A stretch of DNA of 64,000 bases from Octopus sinensis (Eukaryota). Positions 53,202-64,000 of this stretch are shown piece after piece. The notes under the pieces were generated by a model. It saw nothing but the letters and a program-made list of their open reading frames with translations. It made no database searches and was not told the origin of the DNA. Numbering within the stretch: position 1 is the stretch's first letter; each line of letters opens with the position of its first letter. Both the position numbers and the translations under genes were made by a program. The DNA lies in contig NC_043006.1 in NCBI RefSeq assembly GCF_006345805.1, positions 43,400,001-43,464,000 of the forward strand, written 5' to 3'.

Positions 53202-53820
53202 TCTATTATATAAAATCCGTTCTGTCTGTCTGTGTGTGTCTTCTAGGATCTCGGGCATCCTCTATCCGATTGTGCTCAAATTTGATATGTAGATACCGAT
53301 GGTATCAGGGTGTGTATAAGTCTTGAAAAAATTACAAAAATCGATTCCAGGTGAGAATGTGATTGATAAAGCCGTTTTTGTCCTGCTTTTCTTCCGTCAA
53401 CCTTTACATAACTGCACCTTCCATTTTTTGTTTTTGTACTGCTTAAAGGCACGTTTCTTTCCTGCCAAGCTTACTGTTTAAACCATGTTTGTGTTCTCCC
53501 AGTGAACAGTTTTATCATTACTGGTACTTTAAACTCTTCAGTTGCATATTTGTGTGAATAAAATCGTTTTTCTTTGGAATAGAAAAAAAGGTCTATTGTT
53601 TTTCTTTTTTTTTTGCTGGTGTCTCAAATGTAGGTTAAATCAGTGTTTCTCGAAGGGGAGGCCTATGGGACGGTCGGACAAGTTGTTTTGAAAAAATTTG
53701 GTTTAAATGTTTGACAACTCAGCACCGTCCATTGGACAGGGGGCGTTTTGCTCGTTATTATTATTTGCCACCAGATCTTTTCCTACATAGACAATATAAC
53801 AGTCTATACCAAATTTAACC
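53202..53820 (+). mobile_element. Helitron-like non-autonomous element (3' boundary uncertain)
   Basis: Starts A^TCTATTATATAAAA followed by a (CTGT)n tract; CpG-richer than the flanks. Confidence 0.45.
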
Positions 53821-53877
53821 TTTTTGCTACCAATCTTCCGGAAACTACCCTTGGTTCTACGATACAATCTTCTTGTT

Positions 53878-54277
53878 TTAACCTTTCAGCATTCATATTA
53901 TTTTGTCAAATGTAATCCTTATTTACTCACATTATTTTGAATTCATCATTCATTATCTCATGATTTTGAGATTTCAATGCTGAGATTTTTCATCACTCAT
54001 TTATTTCTGTTCTTATATTATTTTAACTCATGTCCATTGTCTGGAAATCCTTCGTCACACATCTGTGACCACTTCAGTGAGAACACACATAAAAATGAAA
54101 AGTGTCACTGAAGAGGTCACAGATGTGTGATGAAAGATTTCCAGACAATGCTGAGATTATTTATTTTTAAGACGACATTATAGGCTAGATGTGAGAGGCC
54201 AGATCTGGCCAGTTTGAACATAAAACAAGTAGAATATTTGGGCCAGATATGACTAGTTTGGTTACTAAAGGAATTAA
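53878..54277. mobile_element. piggyBac-type MITE interrupted by a PLE-type hairpin insertion
   Basis: Homologous to 27900-28128; insert flanked by 13-bp duplication CAATGCTGAGATT at 53975-53987 and 54146-54158. Confidence 0.65.
54035..54150. ncRNA. Inverted pair of hammerhead-like motifs, family F5
   Basis: 46-bp arms; consensus CTGAAGA-G-GTCACA gatg TGTGAC-GAAAG-AT-TTC-CAGACA. Confidence 0.5.
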
Positions 54278-54464
54278 AATGATCTAAATGAAAAACTTCA
54301 CTCAAAATTTCATGATTATTCATGTTCCAAGTACCAGCTTAATAATGACAGGCTTATTTTACTAAATTCTTCATTACTTTAAAAATTATTTGAAACAATG
54401 GCAGTGTATTTCAATGGAAATGTAAGGGGCAAAGTTTAACTTTGCTAAATTTGAACCTTGGCTC

Positions 54465-54720
54465 AAGCTAACATCCAGCTATCTCATGGGAACAGATTGC
54501 CATGGATAGGACAGCCTGCAGGACTGCTATCCATAATGGAGCTGGCTCCTTTGAGCAGAACAGACAACAGAACGAGGAGGCAAAACACAGGAGAAGAAAT
54601 GAGCGTCTTCAACATCCTTGACCTGCACTGACCATCCTGTGCGATTTCTGCCCACGACTTATTCATGACCGACTTGGACTCCAAAGCTACTTTTGGCACC
54701 GACATCAGCTGAGGAGCCTG
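54465..54720 (+). mobile_element. RTE LINE C-terminal zinc-knuckle fragment
   Basis: DRTACRTAIHNGAGSFEQNRQQNEEAKHRRRNER..CDFCPRLIHDRLGLQS. Confidence 0.75.
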
Positions 54721-55228
54721 GATGGAAACTAACAAACCTAATGCTCGGATATGAGCTGGAGCCAACTTAATGGTCAAAGTTTAACCTTGCTAAATTTAAA
54801 TTTGAATCTCAAAACGAGAGATGCATCTCGATAAAATAACATCTTTTTACTGTTTTGTCCATTTTGACCATCCTTAGATTTTCAATAAATCAGTACTGAT
54901 GCCTGAGAAAAGACTTAAAGCAGACAAAGTTACTTCAATAAGACAGAGGAATTTGCAATCATAAACAAAGAGATTTGAGATATTTCTAGTTTTGATGAAT
55001 ACTTTATCTGTTTCGCTGTTTTTCTATCAGATCACATCTGGGTTAATAGTGTCATGCATAATGAAATAACTAAGCATAAAATAAGTTTTGTGGAAAATGG
55101 TTTTAGTTTTTTTGTTCACTGTTTTCCCAGTAATGTGGTTACCTGGAAAGAATATAAAATTCACTCAAACTTTGTTTGTAAGATAATCATTTTTTGGCAA
55201 AGTATATTTTTAGATATCCATTTGTTAC

Positions 55229-55408
55229 GGAAAATGGACATCTAAATTTGGCTGTATGGTAGCTTTCATACAATCTAGAAGCCTGGAGTCTTGCAGATTA
55301 AATATTATACTCAATGTTGTAATTCTAAAAGCACAATCTTCACTAAGTATAGTAATAATGGAACTGAGGCTAGTGATGTCAGAGGCAGCAATTTTCCACG
55401 GTTGCTCG
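55229..55408 (-). CDS. Candidate 180-nt internal coding exon of an unidentified gene
   Basis: Acceptor TTTATTATTTATAG; 59 open codons EQPWKIAASDITSLSSIITILSEDCAFRITTLSIIFNLQDSRLLDCMKATIQPNLDVHF; donor CC|GTAACA; phase 2-2; repeat-free. Confidence 0.35.
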
Positions 55409-55639
55409 CTATAAATAATAAACAATACTAAATGTGTGTTTTATATTAACAACAAGTGAGAGGGTAGGTGAAAAGTCACCTACCTCCTGTCTGCACTTTT
55501 TTCATTTGATTCTTTTTACATCAATCAGTATTGCAGTAAAGTGGAGCTTTTCAACCAATCTTTGAATGTTAATTGTTCATTTATGAATATTAATTACTTT
55601 GAGTTTCAAGCTATTTTATTTTTTTAACCTTACACACTA

Positions 55640-55782
55640 TCATCATCATCATTATCGCTGTTGTCGTCATCGTCAGCGTCATCATCATCATTCTCGTCTT
55701 CGTCATTGTCATTAGCATCAGGATCATCGTCAGTGTTGTCGTCGTCATCATCATCATTGTCATTATCATCATCATTATCATC

Positions 55783-55814
<32 letters not shown>

Positions 55815-55975
55815 TGTTGTCACCATCATCATCATCGTTGTCACGTCATCATCATTATCATCATCATCATCATCATCATCATTGCCATTGTCATCAGCAT
55901 CATCATCATCATTGTTGTCATCATCGTCGTCATCATTATCATCATCATCATCATTGCCATTGTCATCAGCATCAG
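55640..55975. repeat. (CAT)n-rich compound tract, continuing at 56090-56220
   Basis: Direct reading. Confidence 0.9.
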
Positions 55976-56496
55976 CATAGTCCACATTATATTCTGTATT
56001 GTTCAAGTAGCTTTCCGAGTGGACAGCTATCATGTTTCATCTTTACAACAGTTATATGGGATGCTGCAAATATAAACATACTATTACATTATCATCATCA
56101 CCACCACCACCGCCACCAACACCACCACCACCATCATCATCATCATCGTTGTTGTTGTTGTCGTCGTTGTTGTTGTCATAATCATCGTCGTCGTCGTCGT
56201 TGTCATCATCACCATCATCATTTAACACTTGCTTTCCCGTGCTTACATGAGTTGGACAGTATCTGATGAGACAGTTATTTCTACAGCTGGATGCCCTTCT
56301 TGTCACCAACCCTCATCAGTTTCCAAGCAAGATTGATATTTCCCTGTGACTCAGACATGTTGCCATGGAAGACTGATAATGAGCAACCTCGTTTGTATGA
56401 TGGCAATACTCATTTACGAGCACCGCAAGATGTCATGACAAAAGTACACACACACATATTAATAAAAAGAGTATAGCAAACTTGCCATAGAAAATA

Positions 56497-56650
56497 GGAA
56501 TTATGTACATTATTTACATTTGATGGATATTTGTCCTCATCTTGTTTGTTGTTAACACAACGTTTCGGTTGATATACCTTCCAACCTTCATCAGGTGTCT
56601 TGGGGAAATTTCGAACCTAGGTTCTCATTCCTAAGGTATTTTTCGATATA
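56497..56650 (-). mobile_element. F1 pLTR copy
   Basis: Homologous to 1561-1720. Confidence 0.75.
56554..56599 (-). ncRNA. Minimal type I hammerhead, family F1, core intact
   Basis: GACAC-CTGATGA-A-GGTTG gaaggtatat CAACC-GAAAC-GTT-GTGTT; stem II differs from the 1612 copy at both partners (GGCTG/CAGCC to GGTTG/CAACC). Confidence 0.75.
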
Positions 56651-56724
56651 TGTTTCCAGCTTCTATATCCGTGGAAAATTGCTGCCTCTGACATCACTAG
56701 CCTCAGTTCCATTATTACTATACT

Positions 56725-56975
56725 ATACCAGTAATAATTGGAGCACTAAGTTTTGTTAGTAAGTGCTCAAAGGAGAATCTGGGATTTTCAGAAAGAGAAA
56801 TTGACTGATATTACAAGTTCAATCTGTGAGTGGAACAGTAAAAATATGCAAGACTTTCTCAACTTCCAAATGTGAATTTGTTGATGTTAACTACATCCCA
56901 AAGATGGAGCTTTGTATCTTTGTTGGAAACTGGCTCCCTCCTCGGTGGAAGATTTATAATAATTAAAAAATAGAC
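56725..56975 (+). mobile_element. R4/Dong-clade 3' end
   Basis: PVIIGALSFVSKCSKENL..GFSEREID..LQVQSVSGTVKICKTFLNF followed by 3' UTR. Confidence 0.7.
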
Positions 56976-57254
56976 AAGACACATGCATACACACACTCAT
57001 TCATATGTACATACATATGTACATACCTACGTACAAACATATATTCATATGTACATATATACATACAGACACACACATAACAAGCTTCTTTCTGTTTCCT
57101 TGTTCCAAATCTACTCACAAGGCTTTGATCAGTCTAGAGCAATTGTAGAAGACACCTTGACAAAGGTGCCATGTAGTGGGACTGAACCCAAGCCCACATG
57201 GGTGGTAAGCAACCTTTTTAGCCACACAACCATGACTGCACCTTATAATAGGAT

Positions 57255-57862
57255 CCTTGAGTCATATTGCCATTTAACTCCAGGAAGACATCTCCTCCAG
57301 CTGGTTTATTAAGTGTACTTCTCAAATCTTATATTTATTGCAAGCTAAGATATAATTCCTGCCACCCTGACTTCGAGACTACCAGACCATGCAGTTCAAT
57401 GTATATTGGATCTCCTCAGTGGTGGACACTCATTGCAAGGCATGGTAGCATTTTAACCTCGCTTGCAATATATAGGAAACATGATCTCATACAATCACTG
57501 ATTTTGTAAACAGGAAACTAGTCCATTAGAAAATCTCTGTTTGAGATAGAAGCAGTATATGAACCAAAAATGATTACTTCTAACCACTTTATTGTGACTG
57601 TCCTCTAAGAGACAATGATATTGCCATTTAACCCCAAGAAGACACCTCCTCTAGCTAGTTTATTCAGTGCATGACTCACACCCAATATTTATCACAAGTG
57701 GGAGATAACTCCTACTGCCCTAGCTTCAAGACCAGCAGATCACATGGTTTTGATCTGTATTGAATCTCCTCAGTGGTGGTTACATGTTGCCAGGCATAGC
57801 AGCAGTTTAACCTCATTTGCAATATATAGAAAACACAGTGTCATATAATCCCTGATTTACTA
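57255..57862. repeat. Diverged tandem duplication (about 250-bp units, period about 355 bp)
   Basis: ATATTGCCATTTAAC..AAGACA.CTCCTC.AGCT..TCTCCTCAGTGGTGG..TTTAACCTC..TTGCAATATATAG occurs twice. Confidence 0.7.
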
Positions 57863-58924
57863 TAACTAAACATGTAAACTATCACAAAATAAGAACATAT
57901 TTATGCTCCATGGCAATCATATATTTGAGAATAGAAACATTATTTCTTTGGTTATTTTTTTCTCTATAATAATCAATTACTTAATTTCCATCTTTCTTCA
58001 GATCGAGTGTTTCCAAACTTTACTGCCACAAACTAAACCCACTAGGATACAAAACATCCCACATTTATTAATCAGTTAATTGTTTTGTCAGGGTATTTAA
58101 ATATAATTATATTAAACTTAATTCTCATAGCTTAAAGCCAGTCCAGCTGAGAGAATTATTTATAAGTTTTCTCTTTAAATTTACAGTAGTTTCAGATTAC
58201 AAACGCTTTTCTAATCTTTTATTTATGTTCACATTCCTGTTATTGTTGATATAGTCCACATTATATTCTATATTGTTCAAGTAGCTTTCCAAGTGGACAG
58301 CTATCATGTTTCATCTTTACAACTATGACAACAGTTATATGGGGTGTTGCAAATATAAACATACTATTACATCCTGCTTTTCATCATCATCATCATCGTC
58401 ACATCAACATTTAATGTCTGTTTTCTATGCTAGCATGCGTTGGACAGCATGACAGGAACTGGCATGGCAGGAACTGACAATAGCAGGGCTGCACCAAGTT
58501 CAATAAGTTTTATTGGCTTTGTTGCTACATCTGAATGCCCTTCCTAATGCCAACCACTCCACAGAGTGTAGTGGGTGCTTTTACATGACATCATCAACAG
58601 TGCCTTTTATATGGCACCATCACCAGCGCCTTTTTGTGTGGCTCCAGCAATAGTGCATTTTAAGTGGCACCAGCACCCACATCAAGGCTTTCTATGTGAC
58701 ACCTTGGTTTTAGGATTCCAATTCTGTTGTGGTGGGCAGGTCTTTTCAAAATCATCAATTAAATTTGGTGATAAACTGGATTTTTAACCAAGGGAGAACT
58801 GGTATGAGCCAATGAGGGAAATAGGTTTGGCAGCCAGTTACCCTCAGGGAAAATTTTACCTGTACTTGCTTACTTACTTATGACAGCCCATCAAAGGATG
58901 CCAGCATCAATCCAAGATATTCAT

Positions 58925-59305
58925 CCTCCTCCACCCCCAGCACATTGTTTCTCATGGGAGCAGGCACAACTGATAAGACCAATACAAGACAGGCAGATTC
59001 TGTGGCACCGAGGACACTGAAAATGTCTCCCAACAACAGCTGCAGGGGTTTGATGATGATGTCTTCTCCTCTCTTCATGCAGTCTTCGAGATTCAGTTTT
59101 AAAGTGCTCTACTCCAACATCACACAGGGACCTCCATGCCTTCTGATTAACAGACAGAGGCTCCAACCAAGTGGAAGGAATGCAAGATAAAATGAGAGAT
59201 CAATTGAGATGAAAATGAAGTTTTGAACATTCATGAGATGTTCTTCCAGTCTCGATCTTGCTGAAGAGTACCATCTTTGTGGGAGCCAGTTACCAAGCAT
59301 CCAAA
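58925..59305 (-). mobile_element. RTE LINE C-terminal fragment
   Basis: NQKAWRSLCDVGVEHFKTESRRLHEERRR..FQCPRCHRICLSCIGLIS. Confidence 0.75.
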
Positions 59306-60040
59306 TTTGGCACCTAATGTGCTTTGTAAAGGTCTATGGTTGTGTGTGTGTGAGTAAGGAGGCTGCTTTGTAACCACGTGGTTTTGGGTTCAGTTCCACT
59401 GTACAGTACCTTGGGAGAATTATGTTTAAAACTTGATGGAATGTTGGATATACATGGATTTACAAAGGTTTCTAAGCATTGGTTAACTGTTATGCTAACT
59501 CATTCAAAGTACCAACTTTTCAATACATCCATATACATGCATGCATATATACATACATACATACATACATACATACACATGTGTACATACATACGTACAT
59601 ACATATATATATACACACACACACACACACATATATATATACATACATACACCTACATGAACATGCATCCATTCATGCACACACACACATACATACATAC
59701 ATGCATACAACACACATGTGCATGCATACATACGTACATACATGCACACATGTACATACACATACATACATGTGTACATACGTACACATATATACATATA
59801 TACCTACATGGACATGCATCCATACATGCACACACATGCATACATACATACATACAGACAGACAGACAGACACACACACACACACACTTATGTATGATGG
59901 TGTGCAATGAGGCTTGAAGCTATGAGGTTTCAAAACAAACTTTTTAATCTGACAGCAACTTCTTTCATGACAAAAATAGTTTTGGACTCTTAACTTCATC
60001 TTTAGAAATATAAATATTTTAATGTGCTCATCTACATTAC

Positions 60041-60070
60041 GCTTTGATTATCTTGATCTCCGATCATCAT
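60041..60070 (-). other. Candidate first coding exon (MMIGDQDNQS) in a CpG-retaining patch
   Basis: ATGATG..AGC|GTAATG; local CpG excess at 60040-60270. Confidence 0.15.
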
Positions 60071-61908
60071 CTGGCCTCTTATTTCTAAACTCTCTACGTT
60101 GAAACTCAGTTCTTTTATTTCTAAACTCAAGGGGAATAACTCTCTTAACTCGACGCCCACTCACTGCTCAACGAGCACGCATCAAGTTAAACTCTCCAGA
60201 GATGAAACTCATATTAACAATAATTCATCTCGTGTTCTCTTCCAATTGAGTGACCCTTGAAATATACGAGAAACTTCCTAAAGTAAGTAGCTTGTAAATA
60301 TCTTTAAAATAATACTAACAGAATATCTTAAAAATATTTTCTGATGTTGCTGTCATCGTGAGCAATATCGTTAAAACAATACTGTAACTAATTATGTTTA
60401 TATCACAGCACTGGTCAGTATAATTCTAATGTTGACCTCTACTGACATTGGGTGACATGTGGACTGTTAAGTTTCCTCTGGAATAACCAACGATAATAAT
60501 AGCTATTTCATCATTACAGTAAGTTTCTACAAATACATCTTAGTGTTTGCCATTTGACCATGAGATAAAAGGTGGTTTTTGTTTGACCCATGAAGTTTCT
60601 CAATTGGAAATATTATTCTAGGTCAAGAAGACGTTTATTTGATTCAATTTTCCTCAAAATGTTTTAAAATAGGTTCAACACTGTTTGGTCTATCTTTGAA
60701 ATTGTCTGTTGTTAGTCATTAGTGAAATTGCACACGCAAACACACAATGATAAACACTCACACAAATTATAACAACCACCTTATTTATATACACGCAGTT
60801 CAAGTATAACCATCATACACTATACATACGTTACCGTCTTTTCTTTTACCTTATGCTTGTTTCAGCCATTCGACTGCGGTCATTTCTGGGACACCTTTAT
60901 GAAGGGTTTTACTTAAACACATTGACACCAATATTTATTCTTTTAAAGTTTGATACTTATTCTATTGGTCTCTTTTGCTGAACCACTAAGTTACAGGGAT
61001 GTCAACAAATGAACACGGACTGTCAAGTAGTGGTGGGGAGGCACAAACACGGACTCATAGACACACACACATGTATATATATATATATATGTGTATGTAT
61101 ATATATATATATATGTATGAGTGTGTATCGTCGTCGTAGTTTAACGTCCGCTTCCCATGCTGGCATGAGTTGGAGGGTTTGATTGAGAACTAGTACCCTG
61201 GGAGGCTGCACCAGGCTCCAATCTTATTTGGCAAGGTTTCTACAACTGGATGCCCATCCAAACGTCAACCACTCTGAGAGTGTAGTGGGTGCTTATTATG
61301 TGCCACCAGCACATGTACCAGTCAGGTGACACTAGCACGGGTGCCAGTCAGGCAGCATTGGCATCAGCCACGACTACAATTACACTCCGTTCGACAGGTT
61401 TTCACAAGCATGGCATATGGCCTGACGATTGAAGGATGCTTTTAAATGGACCAGTTGTGCAACACTGGCATCAACCTATGTCACTTGGCTTGCCGGGTCT
61501 TCTCAAGCGTGGCATGACTCCAAAGGTCTTGATTGCTTGTCATTGCCTCTGTGAAGCCCAATGTTCAAAGTTTGGGCTTCACCGCCTCAGCCCATGTCTA
61601 CATGGGTCTACCTCTTCCACAGGTTCCCTCCACTCATCCATACACATCACATGACTATACCAGCACAGTCATCTCTCTTGCACACCACATCCGATGCTCC
61701 TTATGTCCAACTTTTCTCTCAGAGATAGATACACACACACACATACATGCAACACACACACACACATATATACATACACACACACACATACATATATATG
61801 TGTGTGTGTAAATATATTTATGTATGTGTGTGTGTGTATACACACACACATCTTAGTGTTTGCCATTTGACCATTAGTTAAAAGGTGGTTTTTGTTTGAC
61901 CCATGTAT

Positions 61909-61939
<31 letters not shown>

Positions 61940-62264
61940 CAATATATGAAGATGCAATGGCCTAGTGGTTCAGGTGCTGCATTCACAATCACAAGATCAT
62001 GGTTTCAGTTCTTGTGTTCTTAGGCAAAACACTTCATTTCACTTTGCTTCATGATCACTTTGTCATCTGGCATCTTCCCTATATGGACAATGTCAATTTA
62101 ATTGGGGAAGTGGGTTAATGTACAGCGCAAACATTCTGATCACTAATAAACAGATCATCTGTGCAGATAGTTTAGCAAGGAATTGTAGAATGGTCATCCG
62201 TCATTTACGACTGGAGAGTTCACCATACATATATACATGTATGCCTACATATTCAGGTTTATAC

Positions 62265-62640
62265 CTGTAATTATTGGGGCCCATACATACACAATACACT
62301 ACCTAAATACCAATCTTGAGAAATTAGGCTTCTCAAAACCAGAAAGGAGAAAGCTAATTTGAAGATTACAGATCCAGTCCATCACTGGAACTGAAAAATC
62401 TATAAAACTTTACAGAAGTTTATCATTTAAATATATATTAGCATGTCTAGATATGCAATTATATACATGAGAATACATACATAAAACAAAACATACAAAT
62501 CTGCACATATACATACATACAATCGAAAATACCCTGTTGTTGATGTTGAAATTCCAATGAAGGAGCCTTGGATATAGGTTAAAAACTGGCCCTTTCTCTA
62601 TTGGCAAGAAATCTTGAAATAAAACTGAACAATGACATAC
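62265..62640 (+). mobile_element. R4/Dong-clade 3' end
   Basis: IIGA..NLEKLGFSKPERRKLI*RLQIQSITGT and a 3' UTR matching 4470-4940. Confidence 0.7.
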
Positions 62641-63424
62641 ACACACACACACACACACCACACACACACACACACACACCACACACACATATATATATAT
62701 ATATATACATATTAATTATAAATATTATTGCAATACAATAGCATTATTTTCCAGCTAAATAAAGCACTGAAAAGTTAGAATTATAAATAGGAAATAGTGG
62801 TACAACAAGGCACCAATGTTTGCTGGAAATAGCAGTCAATACTTTTTTCACTGATCTCAGTTCTGTTTATGGTTAGGCATTCAGCCGAATATACTGGCAT
62901 TGATGTAGTGGATATTTTAAATTTCATCTTCAGTAAACCTAGCTGAAGGAGATTAACCAGATTTATAATAACAAACATATACTGGCAAGTCTGAAACTTG
63001 ACTCCTAGGTTATCCATTCTGGGTTGTCCATTCGTCCGGTGTTCTTCCCAGAGGTAAAACGAAAATTTTTTACGTTCACCACCCACACACATCTTTGTCT
63101 CTATACATTCAGTGAAGCTTTACATAGCATCATACAGTTATCAACTGCTATTTCCAGCAAATATATAAATTGTTTATATATATGTATATATATGTTTCGT
63201 TTTTGAATTTGGTTTGCAAGATTCTTTATGTGAGTTCGTGTGTTGAAGCATATTCTGTTGTGTCTGGGGACAGTCATTTTTTTTTTTGTGCCGTATAATT
63301 TAACACAGCGGTAAAATTTCCACTTATTTCTTATTTTTATTTTCCTAAAATTTTCATTGCGCTTTGCAACCTTTTCAATATTCTTGACTCTGTCCATAAT
63401 TTACACTGCGTTCCTTTTTGTTTG

Positions 63425-63960
63425 TTTGTGCACATGTGTGTGGGCCAGTGTGTGTGTGTGTGTGTGTGCCTATGCATGCATGCATGTATGTATGTATGCA
63501 TGTGTATATGTATATATGTGTGTATATGCATATGTATATATGTGTGTGTATGCATATGTATATATGTGTGTGTATGCATATGTATATATGTGTGTATGCA
63601 TATGTATATATGTGTGTGTATGCATATGTATATATGTGTGTGTATGCATATGTATATATGTGTGTATGCATATATGTATGTGTGTGCATCTGTATGTATG
63701 TATTCTGCATATTCATGTGCTTGCATGTCCATGTTTGTGTATTTTCTATGTATGTGTGTGTGTAAGCATTTGTTTGTATATGTATGCACCTCTGTCTCCT
63801 TGTGTGTGCATGTCTGTGTGCGTGTTTTGCAACTATGTACCATGTTTGTATGTATGGATGTGCATCTCTATATGTGTGGACCTGTGTCCACACATATATG
63901 TCCTTGTGTGGAGAAAAGTGTGTGTGTATATATGGTCATATGTTTCAGTCTCCATTTGCA
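63425..63960. repeat. (TG)/(TATG) degenerate tract with about 20-22 bp higher-order unit ATGCATATGTATATATGTGTGT
   Basis: Direct reading; about 7 units at 63520-63670. Confidence 0.85.
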
Positions 63961-64000
63961 TATGTGTGCTTGTCTGTTCTTATAACCTATGTACCTATCC

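Noticed and set aside
62781-63092. 103-aa minus-strand ORF in unique sequence
   Set aside because: No recognisable motif or splice context, and about one ORF of this length is plausible by chance in this much sequence.

Overview
AT-rich eukaryotic DNA dominated by microsatellites and interspersed repeats. The SINE repertoire and (CA)/(TA)/(CATA)/(CAT) tract density resemble an octopod cephalopod (Octopus-like) intron or intergenic region; this is recognition, not a database result. No host protein-coding gene can be named. Almost all ORFs in the supplied track are microsatellite artefacts, and only a few splice-signal-bounded exon candidates remain (best: 55229-55408, minus). Recognisable content: at least four tRNA-SINE-like or RTE-tail families in dozens of copies; decayed RTE, CR1/L2-like and R4/Dong LINE fragments; two mariner relics; piggyBac-type and other MITEs; a Helitron-like element; and Penelope-like element (PLE) ends. 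Most notable: about ten minimal type I hammerhead ribozyme motifs from five unrelated families, several as divergent inverted pairs. One pair brackets a tRNA-Arg-derived head instead of an ORF, a candidate Penelope-mobilised, ribozyme-bearing SINE. There are also several short, locally templated duplications and one chimeric insertion.
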